From Macrostomum lignano (taxonomy: Eukaryota): a stretch of DNA of 64,000 nt. This document shows positions 61,969 through 64,000 of the stretch, in pieces. The DNA is taken from contig NIVC01002737.1 in NCBI GenBank assembly GCA_002269645.1, positions 80,217 through 144,216 of the forward strand. The letters are read 5' to 3'. Positions within the stretch are counted from its first letter, which is position 1; the number at the start of each line of letters is the position of its first letter. The notes beneath the pieces are model-generated. The model had not been told where the DNA came from. It made no database searches and was given only the letters and a program-made list of their open reading frames with translations. The position numbers and the translations under genes are program-made.

Positions 61969-63794
61969 CCGTTTCTGTGCTTTATGTAAGTCTCTCTAAT
62001 TCATATTTTTCTGTAAATAGAGCGTTAGTTAAAAAAGATAATAAATCTAGAAAGAAAGAAATAATATATACTATATATTAGGCTATAGTTTTAGACTTAT
62101 AGCCTATAGACTTTTGCTCCTTATCCATCTACAGGTCGCTTCTTCAATCGGCAGAGTGTTCAGGATTGCTAAAGCTGCGAGCGCTGCGATCCCGTCCAGC
62201 AAGTCTAGCGACCTGACCGAAGCCGCTGTCTCAATAAACTCTAACTACATGTTTTTTATCTATCAATCCTGTAAGCATTTCTACGTAGGTTATTTTCTGT
62301 ATGTTATTTGTGTCTGGCTATTAAGGTAGCTAGTACTACTGCATTTGAATTGACCATGCTCCATGCATCTTCTATTCACAAATACTCCAGGTTTAAACTT
62401 GCTGGGTTGTTTGCTCCTGCACGTTTCAAAAGAAAAAATTACGAAAAGAAAAAGCTATAGTTTCGTATAGCATATGCAAATGCAGCATAGCTAGTCGGTG
62501 CATTGCCTTTTCCTCAACCCGCATCCCTTCCCACAGTTTGCCAGGCCCCAGCTTGAGGAAAAAGCCCACTCAGAATTTGGTTGCAAGTCCAGATTGACTA
62601 GGATATTTCAAGAGACCGCGCGCATTGCCAGAGCTTGCCTGGCTGACGCCCGCGGCAGCTATAAACAGAAAAAAAAGAAAATGACGAATGGTCTGTGGCT
62701 ATAAACCATAGACCATTATAGCCACATAAACCATATGTACATATGGTTTATGTACATAAACCATATGTACATATATTCTATATGGTCTGTGGCTATAAAC
62801 CAAAAAATGCGGGTCCGCCGCTCAGGTCACGATATAATCAGTCAAAGAAATCTTGAACTAGAAAAAACTTATATATTTAGATCTCCTTGAATCAGTCTCC
62901 CGCTCTCCATATATCATATTTGGAACAAAGACCTACAACTCTTCAGTTTATGAGGCAAAGAACTCCCAGAAGCTTTAGGACCAGATGGCCTGTAGCACAA
63001 ACAGCGCTAACGAAAATGAGAATTATATTTTTATACACAAATGTATGCAGATTTGCTGTGCTAAAAAAGTCTCATTGATGTGATGTATCAATGTTGCTTT
63101 CAAATAGCTGTCTATATGGAAGAGAAATAGAATGAGTGAACAAGAGTGAGTGAGTAAGTGAGTTGTTTCGCTTTGTTGAATCGCTGCCTCAATTCTACTA
63201 CACAACAGACATGGCGTACCTATTTGACTATTGAATCCATTCGATCCATGCGTAAATATGTAGAAATGTTTCCACAAACTTCTTTATTTAGAAGTGATTT
63301 ATTGCCCATGTGGGCCAGGCCAGAAACGTTACAGTGTGGAGTCTGGCTCCCAAATAACGAATATAAGCCTTGTCAATGTCCAGGCGTTCGCAGTGACTGT
63401 GCACTGGAGTCGTTCGCTGTGTTTCTTACTAGCCCCCCGAAATCTGCTACTGAGTCATTGTTCATTTGAAGGAATCTAGCTTGCTTTGTTTGTGCTTTTG
63501 CTTATCTTATTTTACTTTTTGTACGCTTCAAATAAATATACAAAAACTTGGTAAAAACCAAATCAGGTACATCTAAATTAAATGAGAGTAGCTACTAAGG
63601 CTTTTGATGGACATATGAAGCAATTTTAAACGTGACAAATATAATGTCCTAATGCAAATCAGTACAATTTTCAGATGACATGTTTTGGTTTAGTTCATGG
63701 TTTGCATTGTGATTTTAGTCTTCATCTGTCTATTTTCTGTCCGTCTTTCTATAGATTTTTATCTGCGGGTTTACTGCTGTACACAAAAGGGGTA

Positions 63795-64000
63795 GAGAGA
63801 AAACAGCGAGAACAGAGTGAACAGAGTGAGAGAGACCAGAGTGAGAGTGAACAGAGTGAGAGGAACAGCGAGAACAGAGTGAACAGAGTGATGAGAGAAC
63901 AGCGAGAACAGAGTGAACAGAGTGAGAGAGACCAGAGTGAGAGTGAACAGAGTGAGAGAGAACAGCGAGAACAGAGTGAACAGAGTGAGAGAGACCAGAG
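63795..64000. repeat. GA-rich tandem repeat running off the window end
   Basis: GAGAACAGAGTGAACAGAGTGAGA variants. Confidence 0.9.

Noticed and set aside
62498-63479. Short ORFs at the right end
   Set aside because: Contain stops or lack motifs; no gene model could be supported.

Overview
Eukaryotic (animal) genomic DNA: GC-rich spliceosomal exons, almost every intron filled by its own minisatellite, and many nested transposon remnants. The style is consistent with a flatworm such as Macrostomum, but the organism is an inference. Main result: two tandem paralogous genes (5663-14703 and 16342-22239, + strand) each carry a cluster of mutually exclusive internal exons. The ORF track does not show them. 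Gene A has six candidates of 86-98 nt; gene B has seven of exactly 77 nt. All are flanked by AG/GT, enter in phase 1 and leave in phase 0. In each gene a single intronic docking sequence upstream of the cluster is complementary to a selector about 60-120 nt upstream of each variant exon (five of six in gene A, all seven in gene B). This is the architecture of the Drosophila Dscam1 exon 6 cluster, here in a non-Dscam gene whose variable exon encodes a basic helix. Other content: a complete 7-exon PTEN gene (- strand), a secreted WSC-domain gene, a single-pass membrane protein with a Thr-rich tract, the 3' part of a coiled-coil gene with a CEP290-like C-terminal motif, a three-level nested Tc1/MITE/hAT-like insertion, a hAT-type element with perfect TSD, a piggyBac remnant, a tRNA-derived SINE, a TIR element swollen by a 16-bp satellite, and a decayed EnSpm/CACTA-type element hit by a 5'-truncated RNase H-bearing LINE. 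Most long ORFs in the supplied track are artefacts of tandem repeats.
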